A stretch of DNA of 64,000 bases from Azolla caroliniana (GCA_043228905.1 JBHGNT010000012.1:9734001-9798000), one strand, 5' to 3'. Counted from the first letter of the stretch, positions 12,560-26,735 are shown. Notes: generated from the letters alone by a model not told the origin. A program made the numbers and translations.

Positions 12560-15193
12560 TGCCTCTCTCAGCATTGCAGGGAACCCTTTCTTGGTTACAA
12601 CAACGAGTATTGGGCGGCTACTTACGGGTCATCGATGCCCCATCGCACCCTGACACCCAAGCAATAGCAATACCAACAATATGATTTGCACCGCTCTGGA
12701 CGTTACACGAGGCGGAGAACATGAAGTCGAGATTCCTTCTCACGTGACCCTCAAGGAATACTTTGGGATGTATTCGATGTAGGGAAAAGCTTACCGCACT
12801 TATGGAGGACCAAACAAGTCTTTTGGGTAGATTGCCCGAATTTTGATGGAATACACCTTTGTGCATACAAATCCCACGAGTATGCCACTGAATAAGGTTG
12901 CCATCATCATTAGAGAGTATGAAGAATGGGAAGACCCCTCGCCCTCTCCATCTCCCTCGGTCGCTCGGAATCCTACTCCCACCTCAGCACCACCCCCACC
13001 AAAAACACAGAAGCAATGGGCGTTACCAGTGACCCGTGTCGAATGGGACGAGGCCGAGGAGCCCATCACTAAGGATGTCACCATACGACAGAAAACACCA
13101 AGGACATTGATGCCCTCTCCACAACCGAGTCCCAACCCACCACCCAGCAGCCCTCGGGCATACGGCAACAAAAGAGGAGACAAGCCAAGGAGCCAACACC
13201 ACCGGCCCCAGACTCACAGGACTAGCCGAGAACGAAACGATGCATCAATCCCGAGTCGACCATAGAAACCGAGGAGACCCGACGTTAGAAATCAAAGGAG
13301 GCCAGCCCGACCTCCACGGCCATGGTACCATTAGAGTCATGGCTCCAAATAGGCAGGATCGAGCATGGACAAACCATGCAGATATCAGAGGACGAAGTGC
13401 TCGATTACAAAGACCTCCTCGTAGAGGCATATGAGTTCAGTGCACTACTTCGACTAGGCACAACATATGATTTGATGGATTTCCTCGTGCGTGCCCAAGT
13501 AGCTGCCGCCACTCGTATGGCCGAGGAGCACACGGAAACAAAGATGATCCAACGCGCACTAATGGGAGAACTCGAACCTCAAAAGGATCGAGACTTACAG
13601 AAGATAGGTCAGAAGAAGCAAGCACAGAATGCTTCCCTCCTCATGGAGCTACCAGATCTGAACATGGCCATGGTCGAGGCATATCGAAATCTGGACCACA
13701 CAACTCGGGCAGCCGAGGATATGGCTTGACATATCAAAACGGCACAGTAGCAAGCCAAACGGGCCACCGAGCAGAAACTGGCGTCATTGGAGTAGGAACA
13801 TCGAGAACAACAACCCTTAAGTCTCCATGCCCCGAGTAACCTGGTCTCACTAGCCCCTCTTCCGAACCTGAGCCTGAGTGCTACTGTTACCGAAGCACAC
13901 AACGACGACACAACTCACCCCAGGGTAGCCACGGTCGATGCAATCACAATGACAGACTCGGTACAGACGAGCGAGACATCGTCACTGGCAAATAAAAGCC
14001 TGCACCCCCAAACCAGCCACGCCTCCACGCAAACGGTGTCGTCAACTATCGTCACCATGAATGAAACATCTCTAACGGCAGACAAGGCACGCTTCCACAC
14101 AAACGCCACGACCGCCTGTCGTCATGGAGAGATCTACACAGACGGACATGGAACCCAATCCCTGAAACCAACAAGCTGCAACCCAGACAGGGCCTCCCCT
14201 CCGTGACTACCAAGACGAGCTCAAGGCCCAGATCGCTCGGGCCGAGCTAGCGGAACAAAACCACAACACTATTGGCCAACTACGGGAACAAGCCGCGGGC
14301 CGCGAAGCTGACCTCCAGCGACAGCTTGCCGAAAGCTCGATCGCGCTCAAAGCACAAGAAAGAGAGGTGATGAACCTTCAGGTAGCTATAACCGAGACCA
14401 AAGAACGATTCATCAAGGAAGAAGAGAGGAATAGCCAATGGGAACGCGAGCTATTCGTAGACAACTAGGAATCATGGAGTCAACAAAGGGCCTTACAAGA
14501 ACTGGCAAACGAACACATGCAAAAGTGGAGGATCTCTGAAGAGCAACGGGTGCAACTTTCCGCATGGACGATACTAGAATAAAGATCTTGATCAACAAAT
14601 ATCGCCAGCAACTCACAAGGAAGATCGAGGAAACGCTCGACCGCGTATGGTAGGAATGGTCAGCCCAAGCCGTTGAACTACACATATTACGCGCGGATGC
14701 CAAAAACCGAAGGAAGGAGGGCCGAGGGTTCTACAAGATGGATGACACCAGCATCCAGAACCTCCGTGAAGACTTGACCGAGGAATATCATACCTTAGCA
14801 GAATCCCACACCGTGGCATTCGAGCAACTTATAGAGGAATTCAACGACGATCAAACGTTGTTCCGTTTAGATGCCGAAGCTTACGAGGAGGAACACCTAG
14901 CTACCATGACAAACAAAGCTCCCACGACTGATGACCATGAACCAACGCCAACAACAACAACCACCACGAAAGCCAGACAAGAGGGACCCGCCCCTATAGA
15001 CACCCACATCACAACCGAGCAACAAACTACGACCATAATCCTACCTGAGTCGGAACCAACAGAGGGCGGCCCACGCGAAGACACATTCATCTCGGACTCG
15101 ACAACAAAACCCCCATCACCAACCCCACCTTCCGAGCAGCCTGACCAACCCCACGCCCCCGAGGATATCCTCCGCATATTAGAAGAGGATTAA
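12560..15193 (+). pseudogene. G2 extra sense ORF downstream of pol (Pro-rich, coiled-coil, acidic tail), fragmented
   Basis: Successive plus-strand ORF pieces 12843-13265, 13322-13729, 14738-15193 ending EDILRILEED*. Confidence 0.6.
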
Positions 15194-15280
15194 AACAAAC
15201 CCTTAAGCCCCCTTGTATAAAGGGTAATTTTGTAATTTGTTTTTGGCAAAATCCGTGGTTATCCCTCCACTTTGTGAATC

Positions 15281-15320
15281 ATGGTTCCGACGGACAAAGT
15301 CCTGTCCCACGGGTGTGCCA
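15281..15320 (+). promoter_or_regulatory. tRNA-Arg(UCU) 3'-end mimic (antisense PBS) at the PPT position of G2
   Basis: ATGGTTCCGA-C-GGAC AAA GTCC-T-GTCCCACGGGTGTGCCA, then GG, then LTR TGTTG; no purine tract. Confidence 0.75.
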
Positions 15321-15322
15321 GG

Positions 15323-15820
15323 TGTTGTCCGTAGGCCAAAAATATAAATACAAAATATGTAAACTCAGCAGTAAGTAGAAAAGTAAGTGAGGAAATAAGT
15401 AGAACTAAAATAGTCGAGTTTTGAGCCCTCAAAATCAGCCGACGGCTCGGCTCTGTGTAAAGAAGAAAACTATATAAACCGAGAACTGCATACCTCGAGA
15501 GGGATATACCTAGATTATTAGTAGGATTAATATAGCAACGCTTGGCTCTTCACGAGACTGCTTCCAGCCGAGAGCCGTGTACTGTATTCACTGTGAGCTC
15601 TCCTATTTAATATAAATCTCGCTCTTACTGTTTCTTCATCTGTGTATTCTTCCCGTACTCGTAATCGTAGCTACATCTACGTCTACTGGGTTGTAGCCCG
15701 TGTACGCTCCCAGTTCCCCTGACATCTTCTCGGTGTAGAAGAAGCCCTCACGTAACGCGACCCCTTGATACCGATAGTCGGTGGGCTCATCGTAGGTGTC
15801 TTCTCTAGAAAAGGTTAACA
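15323..15820 (+). repeat. G2 3' LTR
   Basis: Direct repeat of 593-1090. Confidence 0.92.
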
Positions 15821-18800
15821 TTCAGCAGAGTTTTATTGGTAGATTCGGCCAATCCATTGGCCTGCGGGTAATAAGGGGTGCTTCGCTTGTGCACGACCGC
15901 AGAAAATGTTGTTACGTTTTCCACCACGTGGTCGAGGAAGTGTCCACCTTGGTCGCTGATTAATTCGATTAGACATCCATACCGGCACCAAATGTACTCG
16001 TATAGGAACTTTGTCGTTGACGCCGCAGTATTGTCACGTGGTGCCTTGGCTTCCACCCATTTGGTACAGTAATCCATGGCGACAATTATGTACCTGTTGC
16101 CGGTTCGCATTAACGGTGGCTTGATGGTCGAACGAATTCCAACCCCCATTTCTGGAATGGCTCTAGAGGTAGTACCTGCTGTTGCGGCATACGTGCTTGT
16201 TCCCTTGACACAGATCACATTCCTTTGTATATCAGACCGAGTCCTTTAGTGTCGTTGGTCACCATAAGCCACTCCGCCATATTTTCCTTGTCGTAGCTTC
16301 ATCGGCATAATGTCCTCCAACGACCCCACAGTGCACTTCCCATAAAATGGTGTCTTTTTCATCACTCCGGACCGATCGCCGCCATATGCCGTCCGCTCCT
16401 TTATGATACAGGGTATCCTGCACTAGACAAAAGTCTCGGCTTTGCACCGCCAACCGTTTACATTCAAGCCGGTTCATCTCATCTGGGGGTAGTTCGGTGA
16501 TTATGAACTGGTGCATATTCGTTAGCCATTTTTCCTCGACCACGACTGTCCCATCTACCATGGTTTCCGCTGTAATTTTAAACAATGCGGCATCCGAAAA
16601 TTCATCTTGAACACCGTCACCGGTCTCTCCGGATTCTAACTAGCTCAAGTAATCGGCAATTGCATGTTTCATACCCGGCCGGTGATAGATCTCAAAATCA
16701 AATTCTTGTAATAATAATGTCCACCAAGCCAGCTTGTCGGTGAGTGATGCCTTCGAGATCAAGTATAAAAGCGTTGAATGGTCTACATGGAATGAAAACT
16801 TGCGACCCAACAAATAATGTCGGTATTTGGTGACACTATATGTCATTCCTAGGTCTTCTCTTTCCGGAGTGGAATAATTCCGCTCCGGTTTTGACAGCTT
16901 CCGGCTAGCGTAGTACACCGGTCGCTACCACTTCGGTTCAGTAAGTTGCATGAGTACGCTTCCGATTGCGATATCCAACGCGTCCACGAAGACATGGAGC
17001 TCTTTTGACCAGTCCGGGGATTGTACCACTCGTGCTTGTGATAACATTACCTTGAGTGCGCGGTAAGCCTTATCCTCTTCATCTGTCCAATTAAACGGTG
17101 TCTGGTGTACAACTGCGTGTAGTGGCGTGGCGAGGTCTGCCAAGTACCGGAGCATCCGGCTATGCCACCGGATCTGTCCTAAGAACTGGCTGAAAGCTTT
17201 GGCGGTCGTTGCTGCCAGTGCCTGCAAAATAGCATTGACCTTATCCGGGTCCACGACAATCCCTTCCTTGCTAACAATATGACCCAGTAACGTGCCGCTG
17301 GTCACACCGAACAAACACTTTGCTGGGTTTAAGATTAACCGGTATCCTGTGCACTTTTCCAAGTGTAACCTAAGATGCTCGAGGTGTTCCCCTTTCCGGT
17401 TGTATACCGCGAAGTCATCCAGGAATACTTGCATAAACGTCGGAATGAATTCTCCAAATACTTCCATAATAATCCTCTGAAAGGTTGTTGGCGTCGTCTT
17501 GAGTCTGAACATCATTACTACTTCTACAAAGACTCCCCATTCTGTCAGAAACATCGTCTTTTCTTGATCGTCCGGGTGCATCCTTATTTGGTTATATCCG
17601 CTGAAACCATCGTGAAAGCTATAAACCTCGTGCCCGACTACCGCATCTAAAACTCCATCTGTAAACAGAAGCGGAAATGCGTCGGTAACCGTTGCCGCGT
17701 TTAATTTTCGGTAATCCACGCGGACACGGATGTTGCCGTTCTTCTTCGGCACTATGACAATTGGACTGAGCCAAGTGGCTTTCTTCACCGACCAGATAAA
17801 GCCGACTTGGAGCAGCTTGTCAATTTCCTCCTTTACTCTTGCCGTGTAGGTTGGGTTCATCTGATAACGTCATTGTGCCACCGGCTTGGCGGCCTTGCTG
17901 AGGTGAATCTGGTGTTGATAGAGTTGGGGATCAAGTCCCCGCATATCTTCGTAGGACCAGGCGAATACGTCCCGGAATTCTTTTAATAATGTTATCATTG
18001 CCGATTTGTCTTCCGGTCACATCTCCTTAGCCACATGTACCGGACACGCTTCCTTTCTGGTGCCAAATTTATTTCTTCTAGTTGGGATGCCTTTACTCGT
18101 TGGCATACCGGCATTTCCCGTTCCAAGGCCTCCTGTGCTTGCCGTAGTTCGCAGAGTGCATCCTTATCCGGTCCTCCCCGGCCTCTTCCGTTTGCACCAT
18201 GTATGGAGATACCGCTTCTGCCACGTCCTCTTCGAACAGAGGGACTATCCTTGGGTTCTCTTCAAGGTAGTGATCCACCTCCTCGTTGGTCACTCCTACT
18301 AGCATGTTCGCGATTTCGGCATATAGTGGGGTCACGTCTTTGCCGGGGCCAGCTTGCGGTTGCATGGGTACTCTTACTTTCTTTTTCCCTTTGCGGAACG
18401 TAATATTGTTTTTCTCCCAATTCTGTTTGATATGGGCAGTCTTCAACCATGGTCGTCCTAGCAGCAGTGGGTATGCCCCTTGTGCGTTCAACTGGTGGAC
18501 TACCGAAGGAATTCGGAAACCATGACCTCCGATCGTCATCTCCAAGTCGCGGATGAAGCCAGCGGGTCGGACTTAGCTGGTGTCCGGCATCCAGAGCCAG
18601 AATGGGCATGGTTCCCACTCCTGAATTCCCAAAGTGTCGCATGTCCGGAGGCTTATCATGTTTACTCCTGATCCGCCATCGACTATCGTACTCGGTAGCT
18701 CCCGTCCTTTAATAATCGCAGTGATTGCAGGACTGCTGGTGTTCACCACTACCGGCGCTTCCTCCTATTTTGAAAAGAATGTCGGAGCCGGTGCAAGACT

Positions 18801-20959
18801 TAATGGAGCCATTGCTGATTTCAACCCATCGGTGAAGCAGGGCACTAGTTCCAGTTTACTGGCCCAGTGGTAACGTTATTTGCCATTATTGAAGTGCTTT
18901 CCATGTGGGGTTCTTTGGTTGTGCCTTTATGGTGAGTTTCTCCACTGCATTCATGTGCTCTTTCATTTTGATGACATTGCGTTTGTTGGCCTTTTCAATC
19001 CATTCGGTGGTCTGTTTTCGTATGGCCTCTTATGCTTCCCACTCCGCCGTCTTTCCTTTTCATCTAGTGGTGACTTGCTGTAGATCCGCTACTTCTACTA
19101 CCACCATATTGACTGTCGGCCATTTTTCGTTCCTTTTACCTAGGCATTGGTTGTTGTAATGGTCCTCCTTGCAACAACAGTAGCCATATGCCTTCTAGGT
19201 ATTGCTAGATTTTGCTTTTGTTTGGTACCCTATTGAAATCCGTTTACCGCTCGGTTAGGTTCTTCTATTCTTCTTTGTTCTGGTTGGGTGCCACTTATGC
19301 ATCTATCCGTATCCATTGGTACTCCTTTGGTGGCTCCCAACGATCCTCTTTCCGAAAGATCCGTTTCTTAAGAAAGCGTCTGTTCTTGTAACCTTGTCGT
19401 TGCTTTTGATCTGGTGGTGACTTGTTGTATGTCCGCTACTTCTGCTACCACCATATTGATCGTCGGCTGTTTTTCGTTCCTTTTAACCGGGAATTGGTTG
19501 TTGTAATGGCCCTCCTTGCGGCAATAGTAGCAATATGCCGTCCGGATATTGCTAGATTTTGGTTTGTTTCGGTACCCTGTTGAAATCCGTTTACCGCTCG
19601 GTTAGGTTCTTCTGTTCTTCCTTGTTCCGGTTGGGCGCCACTTATGCCTCTATCCGGCTCTCTCCAGGCGATCCTCTTTCCGAAAGTTTCGTTTCTTAAG
19701 AAAGCGTATGTTCTTGTTACCCTACCACTGCCAGTCTTCGTAGTTTTCTCGTTGGTCCTCCCTCCTCTAGTTGTAGCTTGGACAGTAGTCACAACCATAC
19801 CGGTCATAAAGCATCCCTTCTCCGGTCGTAATCCAGTGAATAGTCCCGTTCATACTGATCTCGATTGTGGCCTTCTCTACGTTGGTCGTCGCGATCGTGC
19901 CCATAGTCATCACATCTTCTCTCATTGTACCAATCCATTTTTTCTGGTCGGTATCAGTCCTCCCTATGGAACCGTTCATCGTCCGGTTCGTGACTGCAAT
20001 ATGGTTCAATGATCCTCACCGGTGTCGCAAGTCAGTTGAGCAGGTTGTATTCGCATCAGTCCGTTGTGTGTGCCCGTAAGTGATAGATCATACACTGCAT
20101 CCTCATTGTGCAGTGTACTGTCGAATGGCCCGGGTGTACACATGTTGTGCATTGCAACACCTGGTGAAACCTGAGATCCTCTTGATTTGGAAGGGCCCTC
20201 TAGAGGGCTCCCATCATCATTAGGGAGCTATGTTTATCCATTTCCAACACCCGATCAATGACTTGATCTGTGTTGGCTCGGAAATCTAGTACCCCGCACA
20301 TCATTCGGAGGGGTTCCCGTAGAGCGGCCAGAAACACCGCTTTGGCCTCTTCCTCCAGAGGTGCCCTTGTTAACTGGCTGTATAGTGTTTGAAATCGGAT
20401 AATAAATTGGGGCACTTTCTCCTACTCCTCTTGGCAGGTTGTGTAAAACTGTTTGACTAGTTCGTGTTGTTCCAGTTGCCTATGGAATAGTCGGAGAAAT
20501 TTTGTTTTCAAGGCCTTAAATGTGGCAAAGCTTCTGGGTAGGTGCTTTACGTGCCAGTGGACCGCCGGTCCCTCTAATGTCATGCCGAATTTGGAAAATT
20601 TTGATCGTTCGGCTTGCAGTTTGGTCAGCCTTTGGGATACATGATTCTCTTCCAATGTTTGTAGGAACAGATAGAGGTGCATCTGCGCATCAAGGTCATC
20701 ATGGTACTTCAGATACGGGTACGGCATGGTGTAGGTTATGGGAGGTTGTACTGGTGATGTGTGGTTGAGTTCTTGCTTTGCGGGTGGTGTTGGTGTGCAG
20801 TTTTCCGCTATCTCCGCGGGTGGGTTGGTACGCGGTTTTCCGTTGTCTCCACGTGTGGTGTTGGCTGCTTTTGTAATTCGACTGAACACTTTGTTCACTA
20901 TCTGATTCCGACTCTAAGGCCGAGAATGCCTCCGAGTCTCCGTTGCCTCTGGCAAGCAT
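15821..20959 (-). pseudogene. pol: G1 gag-pol (gag, PR, RT, RH, INT), degenerate
   Basis: MPYPYLKY gag; VDGGSG protease near 18670-18690; RT 16925-17860 with VFLDDF; RH NYSTPERE; INT ISDQG..NGLAE. Confidence 0.92.
19066..19720. repeat. ~350-bp tandem duplication within G1 gag (knuckle region)
   Basis: 19066-~19410 repeats at ~19412-19720. Confidence 0.75.
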
Positions 20960-21712
20960 CCGCAGTCATGCTTTTGCCTCTTGCAGGTTCGTTAGACTAC
21001 TACCCTTGTCATAAAGTTTTTGTCTTTGGAACTGCAGTGCTTCTTTCGTGACCCTCCGAAGCACTCTAGGAAAAGACCGATCCTGTTAGATCTCCTCAGC
21101 CGCTTGTTGGAAGGTTGTCCACCTTTGATATCTTTTGGCAAGTCTTCTTCCTCGTTCGGTGACTTGGTCGTTAGTCAGTTGAGACATCCATCCCCCGGTG
21201 TTCTCGGCTCATTGCAGGAATCGTGGTCGCCAAAAACTGTGTTATTAGAGACATGAACTAATCTAAGCATTAGACAAGGATAGAATATAGATAGATAGAT
21301 AGAAAGGAGAGAGAGAAAGAAGGGTGTTGATCCACTCGAACACCTCCGAGCGAAGGGATGGAGACGGACTCGAGCCTCGATCGGCATCCCATACTACCGC
21401 CGTGGCGTCGAGTCGTACCTGGTGCAGGCACGCTCGCTACAAGAGTTGACCCACCACAAGACAGAGTCTCGACGTAGTCAACAAGATGATCAAATGAGGG
21501 TAGTTAGGCCTCTTATTTATAGCGATTCCCAAGGCACCCAGGCAAGTTCACACTTGGCCTAATGGGTTGTCTCAATCTCGAGGATTAAAAGTAATCCTCC
21601 CCTTCTTTACACTCTCGTTTCACCCTCACACTTATCCACGTGTATAGAATAGTACGGTAAATTCTCACCACGGGATATTATATGGTCATGCCCATAACAT
21701 ACTCCCCCCTCT

Positions 21713-24700
21713 TTAAAACATTGCACTCTTGCAATGGAAAGTTAGGGAAGCTAGTTCGGAGAGTATTTTTGCGTTCCCATGTGGATCTTTTATTGATTTA
21801 TTCATCCATTTTATTTTAAATTTTCGGATTTCTTTAGTACGTAATTGCTTTGTTTTAACATCGAGAATTCTTTCTGGTACACGTGGTTTAGAAGATAATT
21901 CTTCAGAAGTAACCAGTGTTTCCGTTGTAACTGTATTATCGCCAGGACGACTCACATGAAAAACTGGATGAATTTCACCACCTTCGGGAAGAGCGAGACG
22001 ATAGGCTGATGACCCAATGCGTTTGAGATCTGTAAATGGTTCACAAAATGGTGGGGCTAACTTAGCACACTTACCCTTAGACAATGTCTTAGAATTGTGA
22101 GGTACACGTAAAAATACCTTCTGTCCAAGGTTGAATACACAAGGTTGCCTATGATGATCGGCATAAAAACGCGCTCTATCTTGAGCTATTTTTATATTAT
22201 CTCGTGCAATATGCAACATATCTTGCATATCCCGAAGAAAGTTTTGCGTATTTAGCAACTCATCATGATGTATATTAACATCAATCGGGGCTCATGGTTG
22301 ATAACCATACATCAACATAAAAGGACTATATCCCGTCGACGTATGCTTGGAGCTATTATAAGAAAACTCCAAAATTGGGAGATAACGTTCCCATTTTGTT
22401 GGTTTTGCACCAACGTATGCTCGAAGAATGTCCTCAATAATTTGATTTACTCGTTCTGTCTAGCCATCGGATTGAGGATGATCTGTGGATCTCATGCTCA
22501 ACGTAGTTTCTAACTTCTTAAAGACTTGCGTTCAGAAGTCACTAGTAAACTTTGGATCTCGATCACTCACAATATCTATCCGTAACCCATAAAAACGAAA
22601 TAACTCGTCAACGAATTGGTAAGCCAATTCAGGACCTGTTACCATGCTTTTAGTAGCAATAAATCTGGCCATTTTAGTTACTCTATCAACCACAACCCAT
22701 ATGGCATCATGGCCTTTTTGGGTGCGAGGAAGGCTAACAATAAAATCCATGGATATACTTTCCCACTTATTATTGCGAATGTCCAAGGGATGTAAAAGTC
22801 CTGCGGCTTTAAGTTGCTTCGCTTTGTTAACCTAACATTGGTGACATTTAGTCACATAGCTATGTATGTCAGGACGCATCTTAGGCTAATAAAATTGAGT
22901 GGAGATGAGAATGAGTGTACGATGTATTCCAGGGTGCCCTTCTGAGGGTGCATCATGGCATTCAAACAGAATTCTCTTTTTGACCTCAGGCAAATCTGGA
23001 ACACAAACCTTCCCATTATGGTAGAGTAGACCGTTAGCAATGTGGAAGTATTCCTTCGAGGATGTGGACCGTTAGCAATGCCCTACGACCTTTCAGGTCT
23101 TGCTGGTCACAAAAATATTTTAAGGACTCGTGGTCCATAGTTACCACAAAGCAATTTCCATAAAGATAATAGCGCCATGTTTTGAGTGCATGTATAACTG
23201 CAAATAATTCCTTTTCTTGAACGGTATACCGACATTGAGCAGAATCAAGTTTCTTACTCTCGAATGTTATTGGTTTACCATCTTGATATAAGACAACACC
23301 TATAGCATAATCGCTTGCATCGGTTTCAACCTCAAAAGGTTTTGAAGGATTAGGTAAACGAAGTGAAGGAGCCTTGCACACCAGGTCCTTGAGTTCCTTA
23401 AAGGCGAGGTCTAGTGTACCATTCCAGACAATAGGTTTTGTAGACTTATGTGTTTGACCTTTTAGAAGATCGGTAAATGGCGTCGTCAATTGGGAGTAAT
23501 TACGAAGGGATTTTCGCAAAAACCCGACAAAACCAAGGAATGATCAAACTTCTCGAATATTCTGAAGAGTGGGCCAAAGCTTGATTTTCTCGATGCAAGA
23601 AGGATCAATTTCAACTCCTCGTTCGGTTATGAGATGTCCAAGATAAGTAATTGATTTTTTGAAGAACTCACATTTTGAGATCTTCGCATAAAATTGTTTG
23701 TCACGCAATGTTTGTAAAACAAAGCGGACATGTTTAACATGTTCTTGTAATGTATGACTATAAACTAAAATATCATCCAAGAAAATAACGACAAATTTTC
23801 CAAGTTGTTCTCGGAAAATGTCATTTATTTCTTGATGAAATGTAGTTGGAGCATTGGTCAAACCAAAAGGCATAACCGAAAACTCATAATGGCCATAGTG
23901 CGTACGAAATGCCGTTTTAGGAACATCGTCCTCACTTATACGAATTTGATGGTAGCCAGTACGGAGATCAAGTTTCGTAAAATACCAAGCTCCCTAGAGA
24001 CGGTCAATTAGATCGTCAGCCCGGGGCAATGGATACGAATTCTTTATTCATGAGTCGGTAATTAATACACATACGCCATGTGCCCTCTTTCTTTTTAACC
24101 AAGAGAACTGGTGCACCCCATGGAGATTTATTGTAACGTATATACCCATTCATAAATAGTCCTTGAGTTGCTTAGACACCTCATCCTCTTCGGATCGACT
24201 TAAGCGATACAGAGGTATACTTATTGGGGCAACACCAGGTACAATATCTATACGATGGTCTACATTTCCTTTAGGAGGTAACCCATCAGGTAGTTCATTT
24301 GGAAAAAAGACATGAAAATCATTTAAGATTTCATCAAGTTGTTGTTGTTCAAAAATATGTTAATTGAACCGAGACATTATCGGTATTATAAACGTGAATG
24401 CCCAGATCAAGTGCACAATAAAATAGAGTAGAACAAGACAACTCGGATATTGATGAAGAGGAAACAATCGAGAGGGATTGTTTTTTTACACATTGAATAA
24501 AATGATGAACCCAATCAATAAATAAAAAAAAGTTTTTATTATAGAACCAGGGATAACCCAGTATTACATCAGTGGTACAAAGATTCATTACATGGTAGTC
24601 TACTTCCTCTATATAAGTATTAATAGAAATTGCTAATGAATGAATCGCCCCGTTGATGTATTGTACTCTTCCATTAGCCAAGTGCACCGTATAGGTGTGA

Positions 24701-25640
24701 TCACTTACGGTGGGTTGGATTCCCCATATTTGAACCAAACGATCATTCACAAAGTTTTGTGAGCTTCCCAAATCAAACCGAAATTGTACGGGAGATCCAT
24801 TGATATACCTGTTTGTTCGTAGTAAATCATTGGGACCCAATACATAGTGAGGAAAAGAACATTGACAATTACTTAAATGATGTGTATAGACCTGAAGGAC
24901 ATTAGGAATCTAACCTTTATGGTCTGCAGCTTTAGCTTTCTTGCCGTGCTCTTTCCGTTGGAGCTTTAGACATTGGTCTTTTGTATGACCCTTCTTTTTG
25001 TAGAATACACAAAAAGGATGTTGTCGCTTACAATCGCGATCCATGAATTTGTTGGGTGTCTTTCGTTTTGGACTTGTGGATTTGGGTTCTAGCATGGTGA
25101 ACATAGTCTTCTAGCGAGGAAAACTTCCTGCTAGAGGGGTTCATTAAAGCTTGTGTTGCCTCGGTTCGAGAGGGAGGTTGCAAAAATTGGCCCTTGCTAT
25201 AACAAAATCTGTCCAGGTATCAGACAATCTCCCCAAAGTTCGGAGCCCACGCCACCAGGTGACGGCCTTACTCCCTAGTTCTCGGCAAACATATGCAATC
25301 TTCGTACAATCTGGCGTGGGATAGAGCTCAAAATAAGACTCCCATTGGCCCAGCCACGTGCAGTTTGCTTCTTCGGTTCTTTCCTTTTTTTTCTCCCGTA
25401 AATGGCTTAACGACAAACGATGGCTCACCTTGTCACTCATCAGGTCTATTAGTCTCACGTTGTAAACTAATGACACGTGCCTCGAGAGAACTTTGAGATT
25501 GCCGAAGTTCGGTCATCTGTTGAGAGGTGAAACTAAGGTATTGGGTTATTTGTGAAAAGTACATCTCAATGGACATTTGTCCAGGAGGATTTCCTTGAGT
25601 TCCTTCCGCTTGAGCAGATGACATTAGGTCGTTGTTTTGA
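21713..25640 (-). pseudogene. pol: G4 gag-pol with C-terminal chromodomain relic
   Basis: Knuckle relic CVFYKKKGHTKDQC; FDLGSS protease; IFLDD RT; ETDASDYA RH; SMDF..VSDRD INT; HPVFHVS then PERILD..IKW. Confidence 0.9.
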
Positions 25641-26544
25641 GCCATTAAATGGTTATTTCTGGCAAAGAAATAGGATAAGGTCAGACAAATAGGCATAACA
25701 TCATGTCATGATGTAAACATATCATGGACAAACATGGGGGTTCAGGATCAGGTTACTATGGTAACACAAAGGTGTTTTAAAAACCATGGGGGTGACAAAT
25801 AAATGTCTTTCCCTAATCTCTATATCGATTTTTTCATGGCGGCTCCCCAAGGCTCAACCATGTATGTTCGCGTCATGAGTAGTTTATACACGAAAAAAAT
25901 GTTAACAATAAACTATATTTCTGTGCGCACATATGTGGTTTCGGCTCTTTAAGTCCTATTACGAGGACCCTGAAGTGCACTTAGACCTCAAGTCTAAACA
26001 TGTGTTATAGTCATATGTAACAACGATATTGTATGGTCTTGGTCATATTTGAACTCAGGACCTCGAGAACAATTGCATTAAACACTTGAGCCAACCAAGT
26101 AGGTTGCTCTTCATGAATGTTTAATTCATGCGTATAAGAGATATCCGAGGCATTTGCCCATATATGTTTTTTTAAAAGAAACATATATGTCAAGAGTCCT
26201 TATTTCCCCCTCGTTTACTACAAAATATGTTGGTACGTTACCTAACCTCTAGTCTCGTAATTACGATGGCATACGCCAAAGTGCAACCTAATGGTCACGC
26301 CAAATGAGCCCTCTTTTCGTAGTAGGCCCACATGGCCCATCACATGGTTACGTCATTACGAATGCCTCTCGTAAGAATGCGATCAAATATATGTTTACTT
26401 ATCACATATATACGATCAAATACGTATACATGTGATCACATATGCGTACATTAAACAAATCGTTACATCAAAGAGCCAGAAATGATGTAGCCTCAACGCA
26501 CACAAAACATCAAAAAATAAGGGTTAATCGTAATACGCAAGTGA

Positions 26545-26735
26545 GGTATTGACCTCATACGCATACGACACCAAACGCATATCATTTACAATGAAATCAA
26601 AGTATTGACCTCATACGCATACGTAACATATGTATGTGAGCGTAATACGCAATTGAGGTATTAACCCCGTGCGCATACGACACTAATCACATATTCAATA
26701 TATGTCAAATCAGGTATTGACCTCATACACATATG
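26545..26735. repeat. Four ~56-bp repeats in the G4 5' UTR
   Basis: GTATTGACCTCATACGCATA recurs near 26547, 26602, 26658, 26714. Confidence 0.7.

Larger units (their letters stand above)
593..15820 (+). mobile_element. G2: full-length degenerate non-chromoviral Ty3/Gypsy element with a 3' extra ORF
   Basis: 498-bp LTRs 593-1090 and 15323-15820 (TGTT..AACA; 5' copy ends AACT; about 90% identical by eye); TSD TTCTG/TTCAG; gag-PR-RT-RH-INT order. Confidence 0.92.
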
